Of a stretch of DNA of 64,000 nucleotides, positions 39,628 through 51,100 are shown one piece after another. Each line of letters begins with the position of its first letter. Position 1 is the first letter of the stretch. Made by a program: the position numbers and the translations under genes. Origin of the DNA: Bacteroidales bacterium (GTDB lineage: Bacteria > Bacteroidota > Bacteroidia > Bacteroidales > UBA10428). The notes under the pieces are model-generated. The model did not search any database. It was not told the DNA's origin and worked only from the letters and a program-made list of their open reading frames with translations. The stretch covers positions 9,695-73,694 of the forward strand of contig JAFGBD010000037.1 of the NCBI GenBank assembly GCA_016933335.1, read 5' to 3'.

Positions 39628-40281
39628 TTAAGTTGCCTTTTTCAGGTCGCTGATCATCTTTTTTGGATTATCAGCCCGGAATACCGTTGTGCCGGCAACC
39701 AGAATATTTACCCCTGCATTGAATAATTTTCCTGCATTGGTAAGGTCTACACCACCATCTACTTCAATAAGCACATCCGGTTTTGCTTCATTGCACATCT
39801 GCCTTAAACGGCTAATCTTGGAATAGGAACGTTCGATATATTTCTGTCCTCCGTATCCGGGATTGACCGACATGATCAGGACAAGATCAATATCCTGTAA
39901 TATGTCAGTGAGCAGGTCAACAGGAGTATGCGGATTCAGTGATATCCCGGCTTTCATACCCAGGTTTTTAATCTCTTCTATCACCCTGTGAAGATGGGTA
40001 CATGCCTCCCAGTGAACTGTAAGAATATCTGCACCGGCTTCTTTGTAACGTTGAAGATAGTTTTCCGGATTGACAATCATCAGGTGGACATCAAGTGGTT
40101 TTTCAGCATACTTTTTAACATATTCAAGCACCGGGAATCCGAATGAGATGTTCGGCACAAACACACCATCCATAATGTCACAGTGAATATAATCTGCTTC
40201 ACTTTCGTTAACCATGCAAATATCTTTTTGCAAATTTCCAAAATCGCATGCCAGTAAAGAAGGTGCAATAAGTCTTTTCAT
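39628..40281 (-). CDS. rpe: Ribulose-phosphate 3-epimerase
   Basis: IAPSLLACDF, HCDIMDGVFVPNISFG, DVHLMI and MSVNPGYGGQ motifs. The start at MKRLIAPS (cat at 40279..40281) is preferred. A CAAAAATA (= TATTTTTG) box at 40296..40303 lies inside the longer ORF. Confidence 0.93.
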   Translation of the reverse strand: MKRLIAPSLLACDFGNLQKDICMVNESEADYIHCDIMDGVFVPNISFGFPVLEYVKKYAEKPLDVHLMIVNPENYLQRYKEAGADILTVHWEACTHLHRVIEEIKNLGMKAGISLNPHTPVDLLTDILQDIDLVLIMSVNPGYGGQKYIERSYSKISRLRQMCNEAKPDVLIEVDGGVDLTNAGKLFNAGVNILVAGTTVFRADNPKKMISDLKKAT

Positions 40282-40295
40282 GTTTTGTTTTTTGT

Positions 40296-40303
40296 CAAAA
40301 ATA
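40296..40303 (-). promoter_or_regulatory. Candidate -7 box (TATTTTTG on the minus strand) for rpe
   Basis: The plus strand reads CAAAAATA, 15 nt upstream of the preferred ATG at 40281. The very short leader lowers confidence. Confidence 0.25.
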
Positions 40304-40375
40304 TAACTTTCATTCACAAAAAAAGAGGAAATTTAAATCTTAATTTCCCCTGGATCACAGATTATAAGAGATTAT

Positions 40376-41239
40376 TCAGCCAAGATAGGTTTTCAGGATT
40401 TTACACCTGGTGGCATTTTTCAGTCTTTTAATGGCTTTTTCTTTGATCTGCCTGACTCTCTCGCGGGTAAGGTTAAACTCTTCTCCGATTTCTTCAAGTG
40501 TATGCTGGTGTTTGCCGTTCAATCCGAAATAAAGCCTGATGATATTTGCTTCACGATAGGTAAGTGTTGATAATGCCCTTTCAATTTCTTTTCTTAACGA
40601 TTCGGTTAATAAACCTTTATCAGGACTTGGACTCTGATTGCCAAGCAGGATATCGTAAAGGGTTCCCTCTTCATCCTGCTGTAACGGGGCATCCATGGAA
40701 ACATGGCGCCCTGCACTTTTCAGCGATTCTTTAAGATCATCAGGGGCCATTTCCATGGCTTCTGCCATTTCCTGGATGGATGGTTCCCTTTCAAATTTCT
40801 GTTCAAGTTCAGCAAATGTCTTGTTGATCTTATTGATCGAACCAATTTTGTTAAGCGGTAACCTTACAATGCGCGCCTGCTCAGCCAAAGCCTGTAAAAT
40901 AGATTGTCTTATCCACCATACTGCATAGGATATGAATTTAAATCCTCTGGTTTCGTCAAATCTTTGTGCTGCCTTTATCAGGCCCAGGTTACCTTCATTA
41001 ATCAGATCAGACAGGCATAATCCCTGATTCTGGTATTGCTTCGATACAGAAACAACAAACCGTAGATTGGATTTGATCAATCTTTCCAGGGCAGTATCAT
41101 CACCAAGCTTGATTTGTCTTGCCAGATCGACTTCCTCTTCCGCCGATATCAGGTCAACTTTCCCAATCTCATGAAGGTATTTATCCAGAGAAGGTGTTTC
41201 GCGGTTGGTAACCTGTTTGATAATCTTGAGCTGTCTCAT
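40376..41239 (-). CDS. rpoD: Primary RNA polymerase sigma factor (Bacteroidota sigma-A)
   Basis: 287 aa. Region 2 is [13 protein letters not shown] and region 4.2 is [23 protein letters not shown]. The short N-terminus is typical of Bacteroidota RpoD. Confidence 0.93.
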   Translation of the reverse strand: MRQLKIIKQVTNRETPSLDKYLHEIGKVDLISAEEEVDLARQIKLGDDTALERLIKSNLRFVVSVSKQYQNQGLCLSDLINEGNLGLIKAAQRFDETRGFKFISYAVWWIRQSILQALAEQARIVRLPLNKIGSINKINKTFAELEQKFEREPSIQEMAEAMEMAPDDLKESLKSAGRHVSMDAPLQQDEEGTLYDILLGNQSPSPDKGLLTESLRKEIERALSTLTYREANIIRLYFGLNGKHQHTLEEIGEEFNLTRERVRQIKEKAIKRLKNATRCKILKTYLG

Positions 41240-41489
41240 AAGAAAGGGAATGTTAATTATTTTTGAGAACGGGTTTATGTAAATGTTAAGGTATTATTAT
41301 AATCATATTATAATCCAATTATTCTCAGACAATACCCTCTAACGATGAATTTCAACTACCAGCTCCCTTTCTGCAAACCCATAATTATTCTGTAAAGCAG
41401 AGGATAAAATTATAAATTTTTTTGATAAATCCCCTGATATAAAAATAAATTGTATTTTTATTTGTGTAATTCTCACTAAATCCTTATTA

Positions 41490-41511
41490 TTGTACAGATT
41501 TTCCTGTACAA
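41490..41511 (+). promoter_or_regulatory. Perfect 8-bp hairpin in the rho upstream/leader region
   Basis: TTGTACAG-ATTTTC-CTGTACAA, 120 nt upstream of the rho ATG. Not followed by a T-run, so it is not a classical terminator. Confidence 0.3.
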
Positions 41512-41631
41512 GAATTCCAAACGCATTAGTGGCAAATTCCTTGATAGAGGTTTCGATATTTCCCGGTACAAAGATGAGATAAGAAACACAACAGCGGCAT
41601 TTCATCCTTTTATGAACAATTTTCTTTTATT

Positions 41632-43296
41632 ATGTACGATATTTTAGAACTTAACAAAAAGCTCGTTACTGAGCTTAGAGATATTGCCAAGCAATTGAAT
41701 ATTAAAAAGTTCGAATCTTTAAGAAAACAAGATCTGGTATATAAAATTCTTGATCAGCAAGCAATTGACGCAACTGATGGCAAGAAAACGGATAAAAAAT
41801 TCAAACCAAAGCCTAAAATAGAAAAGGTGACTTCCTCCGATACATTTGACACCGCTGGTGCAAGCCCTGAAAAAAAGAGAAGGAAAAGACATTTCAGAAG
41901 AGATAACAAGGAAGAGCTGTTGCACAAAACAATAGAAGAGGTTGATAATCAACATAAAAATAATAAGGAGAAATTACCTGAACTGTTAACCGATAATGGT
42001 TTTTCCGACATCGAAAATGATGAATCGGTTAACTATGAGCCCATTCCGTCAAATGTTGAAACAGAATCCCCGGCTGAAGCAACGCCTGTTGCTGATTCTT
42101 TTGAAAAACATTATGAAAGCGGAAAGCAACGGCCACACCCTGAAAGAATGAGTAATGAGAGAGCATATGAATTTGATGGTATCATCAGTGCTTCGGGAGT
42201 GTTGGAAATCATGCCTGATGGATATGGTTTTTTAAGGTCTTCTGATTACAATTATCTCAATTCTCCTGATGATATTTATGTAAGCCAGTCACAGATAAAG
42301 CTCTTCGGGTTAAAGACCGGCGATATGGTTGAGGGTACGATCAGGCCGCCTAAGGAAGGTGAGAAATATTTCCCGCTTATCAAGGTGGAGGAAATCAATG
42401 GAAGAAATCCCGACTTTATCAGGGACCGTGTGCCGTTTGATTATCTGACACCTTTGTTCCCGAATGAAAAATACACACTCATCGGACCTGATTACAAGGG
42501 CAATCTGAGTGTCAGGATTGTGGACATGTTTTCCCCGATAGGCAAAGGTCAGCGGGGGCTGATCGTGGCACAGCCCAAAACAGGAAAAACCATCCTTTTA
42601 CAGGATATTGCAAATGCAATTGCAGCCAATCATCCGGAGGCATACCTGATCATACTGCTGATTGACGAACGTCCTGAAGAGGTTACGGAAATGGCACGCA
42701 ATGTTAAGGCGGAAGTAATTTCATCCACCTTTGATGAACCTGCTGAACGTCATGTAAGGGTATCCAATATCGTACTTGAAAAAGCCAAAAGACTTGTTGA
42801 ATGTGGTCATGATGTGGTCATACTTCTTGATTCAATTACCAGGCTGGCCAGGGCTTATAACACAATTGCCCCGGCTTCAGGCAAGGTATTGTCCGGCGGC
42901 GTTGATTCAAATGCACTTCATAAACCCAAACGTTTTTTTGGTGCAGCAAGAAACATTGAAAACGGTGGCTCACTGACCATCATTGCAACAGCATTAACAG
43001 AAACAGGTTCCAAGATGGATGATGTCATTTTTGAAGAATTCAAGGGTACAGGCAATATGGAACTTCAGCTTGACAGAAAGCTTTCAAACAGAAGAGTCTA
43101 TCCTGCAGTAGATATTACTGCTTCAAGCACCCGCCGTGAAGACCTGCTGCTTGATAAAAATTTCCTCAATAAAATCTGGATTCTCAGAAAATACCTGACC
43201 GATATGAATAGTGTTGAAGCTATGGAATTCTTAAGAGACAGGATAGTAAAGACTGAATCCAATGAAGAATTCCTGATATCAATGAACGGTGAGTAA
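41632..43296 (+). CDS. rho: Transcription termination factor Rho (with ~135-aa N-terminal insertion)
   Basis: Rho_N helix bundle ([18 protein letters not shown]), CSD-like RNA-binding domain ([15 protein letters not shown]), Walker [16 protein letters not shown], and the C-terminal RRVYPAVDI. Confidence 0.95.
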   Translation: MYDILELNKKLVTELRDIAKQLNIKKFESLRKQDLVYKILDQQAIDATDGKKTDKKFKPKPKIEKVTSSDTFDTAGASPEKKRRKRHFRRDNKEELLHKTIEEVDNQHKNNKEKLPELLTDNGFSDIENDESVNYEPIPSNVETESPAEATPVADSFEKHYESGKQRPHPERMSNERAYEFDGIISASGVLEIMPDGYGFLRSSDYNYLNSPDDIYVSQSQIKLFGLKTGDMVEGTIRPPKEGEKYFPLIKVEEINGRNPDFIRDRVPFDYLTPLFPNEKYTLIGPDYKGNLSVRIVDMFSPIGKGQRGLIVAQPKTGKTILLQDIANAIAANHPEAYLIILLIDERPEEVTEMARNVKAEVISSTFDEPAERHVRVSNIVLEKAKRLVECGHDVVILLDSITRLARAYNTIAPASGKVLSGGVDSNALHKPKRFFGAARNIENGGSLTIIATALTETGSKMDDVIFEEFKGTGNMELQLDRKLSNRRVYPAVDITASSTRREDLLLDKNFLNKIWILRKYLTDMNSVEAMEFLRDRIVKTESNEEFLISMNGE

Positions 43297-43441
43297 TCCA
43301 TTAATCCGGGCAGGTTTTACCCTCTTTTTTTCTGAAAAACTTTATTACATGCTCAAGTATGTACAATACTTGTAATTATTTGTAATGAAAATGAATTATC
43401 CTATTATGATATTAAACAGCACAAAAAACAACTCTTTTTTA

Positions 43442-43449
43442 TAATTTTG
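43442..43449 (+). promoter_or_regulatory. Candidate -7 box (TAATTTTG) for nifJ/PFOR
   Basis: Exact TAnnTTTG, 52 nt upstream of the ATG at 43501. Confidence 0.4.
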
Positions 43450-43500
43450 TACTTTTTATTTTTCAGACTTTTATAAAAGATTAATTATAAGCATATTAAA

Positions 43501-46500
43501 ATGGCAAAGAAAAATCATATTACGTGTGACGGAAATTATGCTGCCTCTCATATTGCATATATGTTCAGCGAGGTTGCTGCTATTTATCCTATTACTCCAT
43601 CATCTACAATGGCAGAATATATAGATGAATGGTCTGCAGTTGGCAGGAAAAACATGTTCGGTGAGATCGTCAAGGTTGTTGAGCTGCAATCTGAAGGAGG
43701 TGCTTCAGGTGCTCTGCATGGTGTCCTTCAGTCAGGTGCTCTTGCATCAACATTTACTGCCTCTCAGGGTTTATTGCTCATGATTCCCAATATGTATAAA
43801 ATATCAGGTGAGCTTTTGCCGGGAGTTTTCCATGTATCTGCACGAAGCCTTGCTGCACAGGCGTTGTCTATATTTGGTGATCACAGCGATGTAATGAGTA
43901 CTCGTCATACCGGCTTTGCCATGCTGGCGTCAGGCAGTGTACAGGAGATTATGGATATTGCAGCGGTTGCGCATCTAACGGCCATTAAATCAAGGATACC
44001 GTTTTTGCATTTCTTTGACGGATTCCGGACTTCAAGCGAGATCCAGAAGGTTGAGATTCCGGCAACTGAAGATATGGCAAAGCTTATGGATTTTAAAGCG
44101 TTGCAGGAATTCAGAAACAGGGCATTGAATCCGGAACATCCGGTAACAAGAGGAACTGCCCAGAACCCTGATATCTATTTTCAAACAAGAGAAGCGATCA
44201 ACAGGTTTTATGAGCCTGTACCTGACCTGGTGGAGGAATATATGAAGGAAATATACAAATTGACCGGCAGGGAATATCATCCATTTGTATATTATGGTGC
44301 ACCGGATGCTGAAAATATCATCATGGCCATGGGTTCTGTTACTGACACCACCCGTGAGGTAATTGACTATCTGAATGCACAGGGCAAGAAGGTCGGGATG
44401 ATCATTGTTCATCTGTACCGTCCCTTCTCATCAAAATATCTGTTAAAGGTTCTGCCCGGATCCGTCAAACGCATTGCAGTGCTTGACAGGACAAAAGAGC
44501 CCGGGGCAGAAGGAGAGCCTTTGTATCTCGATGTACGCAACACATTCTATGAGAAAAAGAATCCCCCGTTAATTGTCGGAGGAAGGTACGGACTGAGCTC
44601 TAAAGACACAACACCGGTACAGATCATGACTGTCTATGAAAATCTCGAACTTGCCGAGCCAAAGAACCGGTTTACACTTGGTATCGACGATGATGTAACC
44701 TATACTTCCCTTCCTTTGAAGCCTGAAATTAAAATATCGGGGAAAGGCACTTTTGAAGGTAAATTTTATGGTATAGGCGGGGATGGTACTGTTGGCTCAA
44801 ATAAAAACTCGATTAAAATTATAGGAGATAACACCGATAAGTATGCACAGGCATATTTTGCCTATGATTCCAAGAAATCAGGCGGTACCACAGTTTCACA
44901 TCTGCGTTTCGGAGAAAAACCGATCAAGTCGCCGTACCTGGTGAACACACCTGATTTTGTTGCATGTCATGTTCCGGCCTATCTTGAAAAATATGATATG
45001 CTGAAAGGCCTTAAGAAAGGTGGCACATTTCTTTTGAACAGTATCTGGGATGCTGAAGAAACAAAGCAAAAACTTCCCGACAACATAAAGAAATATATGG
45101 CCGGGAACGACATTCAGTTTTATATCATAAACGCAACAAAAATTGCAAAGGAAATCGGACTGGGGAGCCGGACCAATACCATCATGCAATCGGCATTTTT
45201 CAAGATTGCCGATGTGATTCCGCATGAGGAAGCCATTTCTGAAATGAAAAAAGCAATCGTCAAAACCTTTGGCCGCAAAGGTGAAGATATCGTCAGGATG
45301 AACCATGCTGCGGTAGACAGGGGATGTGAAGAAGTTGAGAAAGTGGAGATCCCGCCGGAATGGGCCAAAATTGAAGTAAAACCAAAAAAAGAAACCAGGG
45401 TAAATGTCCCTGAATTTGTAAGGAAAGTTGTTGAACCCATCAACCTGCTGAAGGGTGACGATCTGAAGGTCAGTGCATTTCTGGGCCGTGAAGACGGAAC
45501 ATTCCCGTCAGGTACCACTGCTTACGAAAAGCGTGGGGTTGCAATCAATGTGCCTGAATGGATACCTGAAAACTGCATCCAGTGTAACCAGTGTGCCTTT
45601 GTTTGTCCCCATGCATGTATAAGGCCATTTTTAATGACTGAGGAAGAACTTAAGAATGCCCCTGAAGGGACATTGGCACTTGAAACAAAAGGTAAAGACT
45701 ATGAGGGTTTGAAATACAGGCTGCAGGTTAGTGTTCTTGATTGTACCGGTTGCGGGGTTTGTGTAAATATATGTCCTTCAAAGATCAAATCACTTGAGAT
45801 GAAACCACTTGAATCACAAATGGATGAAGTCAAAAGATGGGAATATATTTCCGAAAAAGTAAACTATAAAACCGAGAATATCGATATAGAAAAATCGGTC
45901 AAGAACAGCCAGTTTGCCCAGCCCCTTTTTGAATATTCGGGAGCCTGTCCCGGCTGCGGTGAAACTCCTTATATCAAGCTGATAACCCAACTGTATGGTG
46001 ACAGAATGATAGTGGCAAATGCGACTGGCTGTTCTTCGATATACGGGGGCTCGGCACCGTCAACACCTTACTGTACCAACAGCGAAGGTAAAGGTCCGGC
46101 CTGGGCAAATTCACTTTTCGAAGACAATGCCGAATACGGTTTTGGACTTGCACTTGGCGTTAAAAAACTGCGTGAGCGGATTGATGCTGTCATGAGGGAT
46201 GCCATTACCAATAATGACAATATATCAGGCGAAACAAAAACTGCCTTCCGGGAATGGATTGACGGAAAAGAGAATGCCGGTCTATCTAAAGCTGCATCGG
46301 CCAAAGTGGTGAAACAGCTTCAAAAAGAAAAGGACCCTGTTGCAAAAAAGATCCTGGATCTGGAACAATATCTTATTAAAAAATCAGTATGGGTATTTGG
46401 TGGTGACGGCTGGGCTTACGACATAGGTTTTGGGGGACTTGACCATGTGCTTGCCTCAGGTGAGGACTTTAATATTCTGGTACTCGACACAGAGGTTTAT

Positions 46501-47049
46501 TCAAACACCGGGGGACAGTCTTCAAAATCGACACCTACGGGTGCCGTGGCAAAGTTTGCAGCTTCCGGCAAGAAAATCAGAAAAAAAGACCTGGGTGCAA
46601 TGCTGATGACATACGGTTACATATATGTTGCCCAGGTGGCAATGGGAGCCAGCCAGAACCAATACCTGAAAGCATTGCGTGAGGCCGAAGCCTATCCCGG
46701 GCCATCGATCATCATCGCTTATTCACCCTGTATCAATCACGGACTGAGAAGCGGTATGGATAAATCACAGGAAGAGATGAAAAAGGCTGTTGAGGCTGGA
46801 TACTGGCACTTATACAGATATAATCCCCTTCTTGAAAAAGAGGGAAAGAATCCTTTTGAACTGGATTCAAAAGAACCGGACTGGTCAAAATTCCAGGAAT
46901 TCCTTGCCGGTGAAATACGTTATACCTCACTGAAAAAGGCATTCCCTAAAGAGGCTGCAGACCTGTTTGCGGCCGCTGAGGAAGATGCAAAGTGGCGATA
47001 CAACAGTTATAAGCGGCTGGCTTCCCAGGATTACTCGGGTCAGCCTTAA
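43501..47049 (+). CDS. nifJ: Pyruvate:ferredoxin (flavodoxin) oxidoreductase, single-polypeptide type
   Basis: 1182 aa. Two ferredoxin-type clusters (CIQCNQCAFVCPHA and CTGCGVCVNICPS) and a TPP-binding region GGDGWAYDIGFGGLDH. Confidence 0.96.
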   Translation: MAKKNHITCDGNYAASHIAYMFSEVAAIYPITPSSTMAEYIDEWSAVGRKNMFGEIVKVVELQSEGGASGALHGVLQSGALASTFTASQGLLLMIPNMYKISGELLPGVFHVSARSLAAQALSIFGDHSDVMSTRHTGFAMLASGSVQEIMDIAAVAHLTAIKSRIPFLHFFDGFRTSSEIQKVEIPATEDMAKLMDFKALQEFRNRALNPEHPVTRGTAQNPDIYFQTREAINRFYEPVPDLVEEYMKEIYKLTGREYHPFVYYGAPDAENIIMAMGSVTDTTREVIDYLNAQGKKVGMIIVHLYRPFSSKYLLKVLPGSVKRIAVLDRTKEPGAEGEPLYLDVRNTFYEKKNPPLIVGGRYGLSSKDTTPVQIMTVYENLELAEPKNRFTLGIDDDVTYTSLPLKPEIKISGKGTFEGKFYGIGGDGTVGSNKNSIKIIGDNTDKYAQAYFAYDSKKSGGTTVSHLRFGEKPIKSPYLVNTPDFVACHVPAYLEKYDMLKGLKKGGTFLLNSIWDAEETKQKLPDNIKKYMAGNDIQFYIINATKIAKEIGLGSRTNTIMQSAFFKIADVIPHEEAISEMKKAIVKTFGRKGEDIVRMNHAAVDRGCEEVEKVEIPPEWAKIEVKPKKETRVNVPEFVRKVVEPINLLKGDDLKVSAFLGREDGTFPSGTTAYEKRGVAINVPEWIPENCIQCNQCAFVCPHACIRPFLMTEEELKNAPEGTLALETKGKDYEGLKYRLQVSVLDCTGCGVCVNICPSKIKSLEMKPLESQMDEVKRWEYISEKVNYKTENIDIEKSVKNSQFAQPLFEYSGACPGCGETPYIKLITQLYGDRMIVANATGCSSIYGGSAPSTPYCTNSEGKGPAWANSLFEDNAEYGFGLALGVKKLRERIDAVMRDAITNNDNISGETKTAFREWIDGKENAGLSKAASAKVVKQLQKEKDPVAKKILDLEQYLIKKSVWVFGGDGWAYDIGFGGLDHVLASGEDFNILVLDTEVYSNTGGQSSKSTPTGAVAKFAASGKKIRKKDLGAMLMTYGYIYVAQVAMGASQNQYLKALREAEAYPGPSIIIAYSPCINHGLRSGMDKSQEEMKKAVEAGYWHLYRYNPLLEKEGKNPFELDSKEPDWSKFQEFLAGEIRYTSLKKAFPKEAADLFAAAEEDAKWRYNSYKRLASQDYSGQP

Positions 47050-47065
47050 TAACCAGGTATTCTGG

Positions 47066-47088
47066 AGCGGCATTTTGCCGCTTTTTTT
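47066..47088 (+). terminator. Intrinsic terminator after nifJ/PFOR
   Basis: AGCGGCA-TTT-TGCCGCT 7-bp GC-rich stem followed by TTTTTTT, 17 nt after the stop. Confidence 0.8.
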
Positions 47089-47120
47089 ATTAATTTTGCA
47101 GGATTAATCCCGGTTTACAA

Positions 47121-47543
47121 GTGGATAGAATACTGGCAATCGATTATGGTACAAAGCGAATTGGTATTGCAGTTACTGATCCGATGAAGATCATTGCATC
47201 TGGTCTGAAAACGGTTCCTTCTCATCAGATATTTGATTTTCTGAAGTCTTATTTTTCTGAGGAAAATGTCAGCGAGATTGTGGTCGGATATCCCAAAAAA
47301 ATGAACAATCAGCCCTCTGAAAGTGTTAAATACATCAGACCATTTGTTGAAAAGCTGGTACAGCTTTACCCTGAAAAGAAGATATCTTTGATGGATGAAA
47401 GGTTTACCTCTAAAATTGCTTTTCGCAGTATGATTGACGGAGGTTTGAAAAAAAAACAAAGACAGAACAAAGAACTGGTTGATCAGATAAGTGCAGCATT
47501 GATATTGCAGGGATATCTGGAATACAGGAAGGTCAGCAAATAG
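47121..47543 (+). CDS. ruvX: Holliday-junction resolvase-like nuclease RuvX/YqgF
   Basis: 140 aa with the ILAIDYGTKRIGIAVTD motif. Apparent GTG start. Confidence 0.9.
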   Translation: MDRILAIDYGTKRIGIAVTDPMKIIASGLKTVPSHQIFDFLKSYFSEENVSEIVVGYPKKMNNQPSESVKYIRPFVEKLVQLYPEKKISLMDERFTSKIAFRSMIDGGLKKKQRQNKELVDQISAALILQGYLEYRKVSK

Positions 47544-47584
47544 AGAAAAGTGTCGTATTGAAGGTATTAAAATTTATCTGAGCC

Positions 47585-48142
47585 ATGGTATACCCGATTG
47601 TAGTTTACGGATCTCCGGTATTAAGAAGAAAAGCCGGTGAGGTTAACAAAGAGGAACCCGGCCTTAAAAAGTTCATTGCTGATCTGTGGGAAACAATGTA
47701 CAAATCAGACGGTGTTGGTCTTGCTGCGCCCCAAATCGGGAAATCAGTCAGGATTTTCGTTATAGACACCGCTGAGCTGGATAAAAATGATCCTGCTTTA
47801 CAGGATTTTAAAAAGACTTTCATTAATCCTGAAATAATTGGCAGAGATGGTGAAATGTGGAACTTTAACGAAGGGTGCCTGAGTCTTCCGAAAATCAGGG
47901 AAGATGTTGAAAGGAAATCAAAGATAAGGATTCAGTACTTTGATGAAAACTGGGATTTTCACGATGAGGAATATGAAGGGGTTAAGGCAAGGGTCATTCA
48001 GCACGAATATGACCATCTTGAAGGTATATTGTTCATTGATTTGTTATCACCGCTCAGAAAAAAGCTGCTGAAAGGAAAACTGAAAGATATCAGCAAGGGC
48101 AAAGTTGATGTGGATTATCAGATTAAAGTTATAAAAAACTGA
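47585..48142 (+). CDS. def: Peptide deformylase
   Basis: GVGLAAPQIG, EGCLS and HEYDHLEG motifs. Confidence 0.95.
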   Translation: MVYPIVVYGSPVLRRKAGEVNKEEPGLKKFIADLWETMYKSDGVGLAAPQIGKSVRIFVIDTAELDKNDPALQDFKKTFINPEIIGRDGEMWNFNEGCLSLPKIREDVERKSKIRIQYFDENWDFHDEEYEGVKARVIQHEYDHLEGILFIDLLSPLRKKLLKGKLKDISKGKVDVDYQIKVIKN

Positions 48143-48150
48143 GACCACAA

Positions 48151-51100
48151 TCACTCATCTTTTATGGCGGCATAAATCACATCCTGTATCTTGGTCCGGA
48201 CATCATAATCCACCAGCCTGCTGTTTGTTATCTCAGGATAAATCCTGTTTGAAAGAAATACATAGATCAGTTCCTGTTCAGGATCAACCCAGGCCATTGT
48301 TCCGGTAAATCCGGTATGCCCAAAGCTCTTTAAAGAAGCCAGCCTGCTGGAAGGACCGTTCTTTGTTGAATCAGGTTCGGGTTTATCAAATCCCAGGCCC
48401 CTTCGATTCCCGTTTTTACAGTCAGGACATCTGGTAAAGTATTCGATGGTCTCCTTGTCAAGATACCTGATACCGCCATATTCTCCTCCTGATAGTAACA
48501 TCTGCATTATTTTTGCAAGGTCATTTGCATTCGAAAACAAACCTGCATGTCCGCAAACACCGCCCAGCATGGCTGCACCCATATCGTGCACATATCCGTG
48601 GATAAGCTGCCTGCGAAATACCAGGTCATTTTCGGTGGGGGTGATGGTGGTTTTGTCAAAACGGTTTAAAGGATTGAAGCATAACGACCATGCTCCCATG
48701 GTACGATAGAATGCTGAATCGAGATAATCCTCAAATCTCTTGTTTAACAGGTCTTCAATGATTTTATAAAGCACATAAAACCCAAGGTCACTGTATCTGT
48801 ATCCTTCATTACCGTTAAGTTCTGACAGGGCAATGTCTGACCATATCGTATCCAGCAGTGTTTTGTTCATGTAAAGGCCCTCTGCCACCTTGACGGGAAA
48901 TCCGTCAGAAAAATGATCGCTGTAATAATTATCGATGTATTTCAAATGCTTATTGACATAGTAATTGTTTGATATTTTAATAGGATAACTTTCAGAAAAC
49001 CTGTAGCTTGCAAAATTCTGTCCGGGGTATAGAGGTTCCAGTGTCTTAATATAAAAAGGAATCCATGCTTTAAGCCGTGACTGATGAAGCAGGATGTCCT
49101 TGATAGTGATGTCTTTTTTATTGGTTGTATCAAGATATGTCAGATATGCTGATATTTTTTTATCAATATCCAGGAGATGCTGTTCTTTTAACTTCATAAC
49201 AGCAGGCATTGTTGCTGCTATTTTGGTTATGGAGGCCAGATCATACAAATCTGTGTTTTGCACGGGTTTTTCACGGTGATAGGTATGGTACCCGAAAGAT
49301 TTTTGATAAAATACAATCCCCTTTCTGGCTGCCAGTATCTGGCAACCGGGGGTGGACTGCATCGCAATGGCGTTCAGGGCAATTGAATCGATCTTTCCAA
49401 GATAATCCTCGTCAATTCCGGCTTCGGCAGGAGTTGAATACTTCAGCCTTCTGACAGTCCCGGACATGATACCGCTTCTTACAGGGTATTCTTTACTGGC
49501 AGTAACAGGCAGAAGACCTTTGGCAGGTATGACGCCGAAAATCAATTGGGCCGAAAGACTGCGGGTAAGTTCATTGTCTTCGTATGATAAAATAAGCCCT
49601 GAAGTTCGTTTCAGATTTCTGAAATATGACAAAGAATACGGATTGGCAGACAGATTGAGGATAACATTACCGGTTTGAACAATACTGTCAACAAAATCAG
49701 TTGCAAAATGCGGAATGCCATATTTTTTTCCGGCCCTCATATCAGTACCCTGAATACTTACCATGATCAGATTAAAACCTTCCAGACTGGCCATGATTTC
49801 CTTAATATCATTTTCCCCGGCAGCATATGGTAAATGGTAGCTTTTTACAGGTATATATTTCTCAAGCGTCTCATGAAATTCATTATTGCTGTTTCCTCCG
49901 ATGGTAACCGATGCTACCCTGAGCGTGTCAAGTCTTTTAAGAGGGATCAGTTCATTTTTATTTTCCAGCAGGGTTAAAGAGGCTTCCACAAGTTTCTGCC
50001 GGTGCAAAAAATACTCCGGGCTGTTCAGCTCAGCTGTCAGATTATTCAGACTGACAGGTTCATAATTATTAAGGCCGGCCCAGTACTTAGCCGCAAGGAT
50101 TTTCTTGCATCTTTTGCATAATTCTTCATGGCTGATGTTACCTCTGCGTATCTCTCTCTTAATCAATGAGATTGTTTTTGAAATTTCATCAGGCATCAGT
50201 AACATGTCAATTCCCGCCATGATGGCCTTAAGATTGGCGTCAGAGGGTCTATAATGTTCAGAAACAGCGCCCATATTCATGGCATCTGTAAAGACAATAC
50301 CCATGAAATGCATCTCTTTTTTAAGAATGCTGTCTACAATATGCGATGAAAGAGAAGTAGGGAGATTTTTTTGATCATCCAGCGCGGGTACATTCAGGTG
50401 CGCCATCATTATGCCACCGGCCCCGCTGTTAATCAGCTGCTTGAATGGGAAGAGCTCGATGCTGTCGAGACGGTGTCTGTCATGACTGATGACAGGCAGG
50501 GAAACATGCGAATCGGTATCGGTATCTCCGTGGCCCGGGAAATGCTTTGCAACGGCCAGTACGTTATTTTCCTGCATTCCTGCCATATACAGGATGCTTT
50601 TTTTTGCAACATCAGACCTGTCTTCACCAAATGAACGGATATTGATAACAGGATTGCCGGGATTATTATTTACATCCGCGACCGGTGCAAAGTTTACATA
50701 AATACCCATTCTTTTCAGCTGTCCGGCAATATGATAGCCCATATCGAAAAGCAACCTGTCATCCTGTATGGCTCCGAGCATCATCTGCTTGGGATATTTG
50801 ACAGTACTGTCTGTCCGCATGTTAAGGCCCCATTCTGCATCCATGGCAGTTAGAAGAGGTGTTCTGGCAATTCTCTGAAGACGGTTGGTTAGCCGGGCGG
50901 TTTGAGCCGGGGCACCCTGAAATAAAATAATACCGCCGATATTGTACTTGTGAATCAGCGTTTCAATTTCACGAAAGTGACTTTCACCATGCCTGGGATA
51001 AACATCTATCATGAACAGCTGAGCAATGCGCTCTTCTTCTGTCAGTGAATTAAATACGGAGTCCACCCATTCTTCCTCCATTGATCTTAAAAATGGCGGA

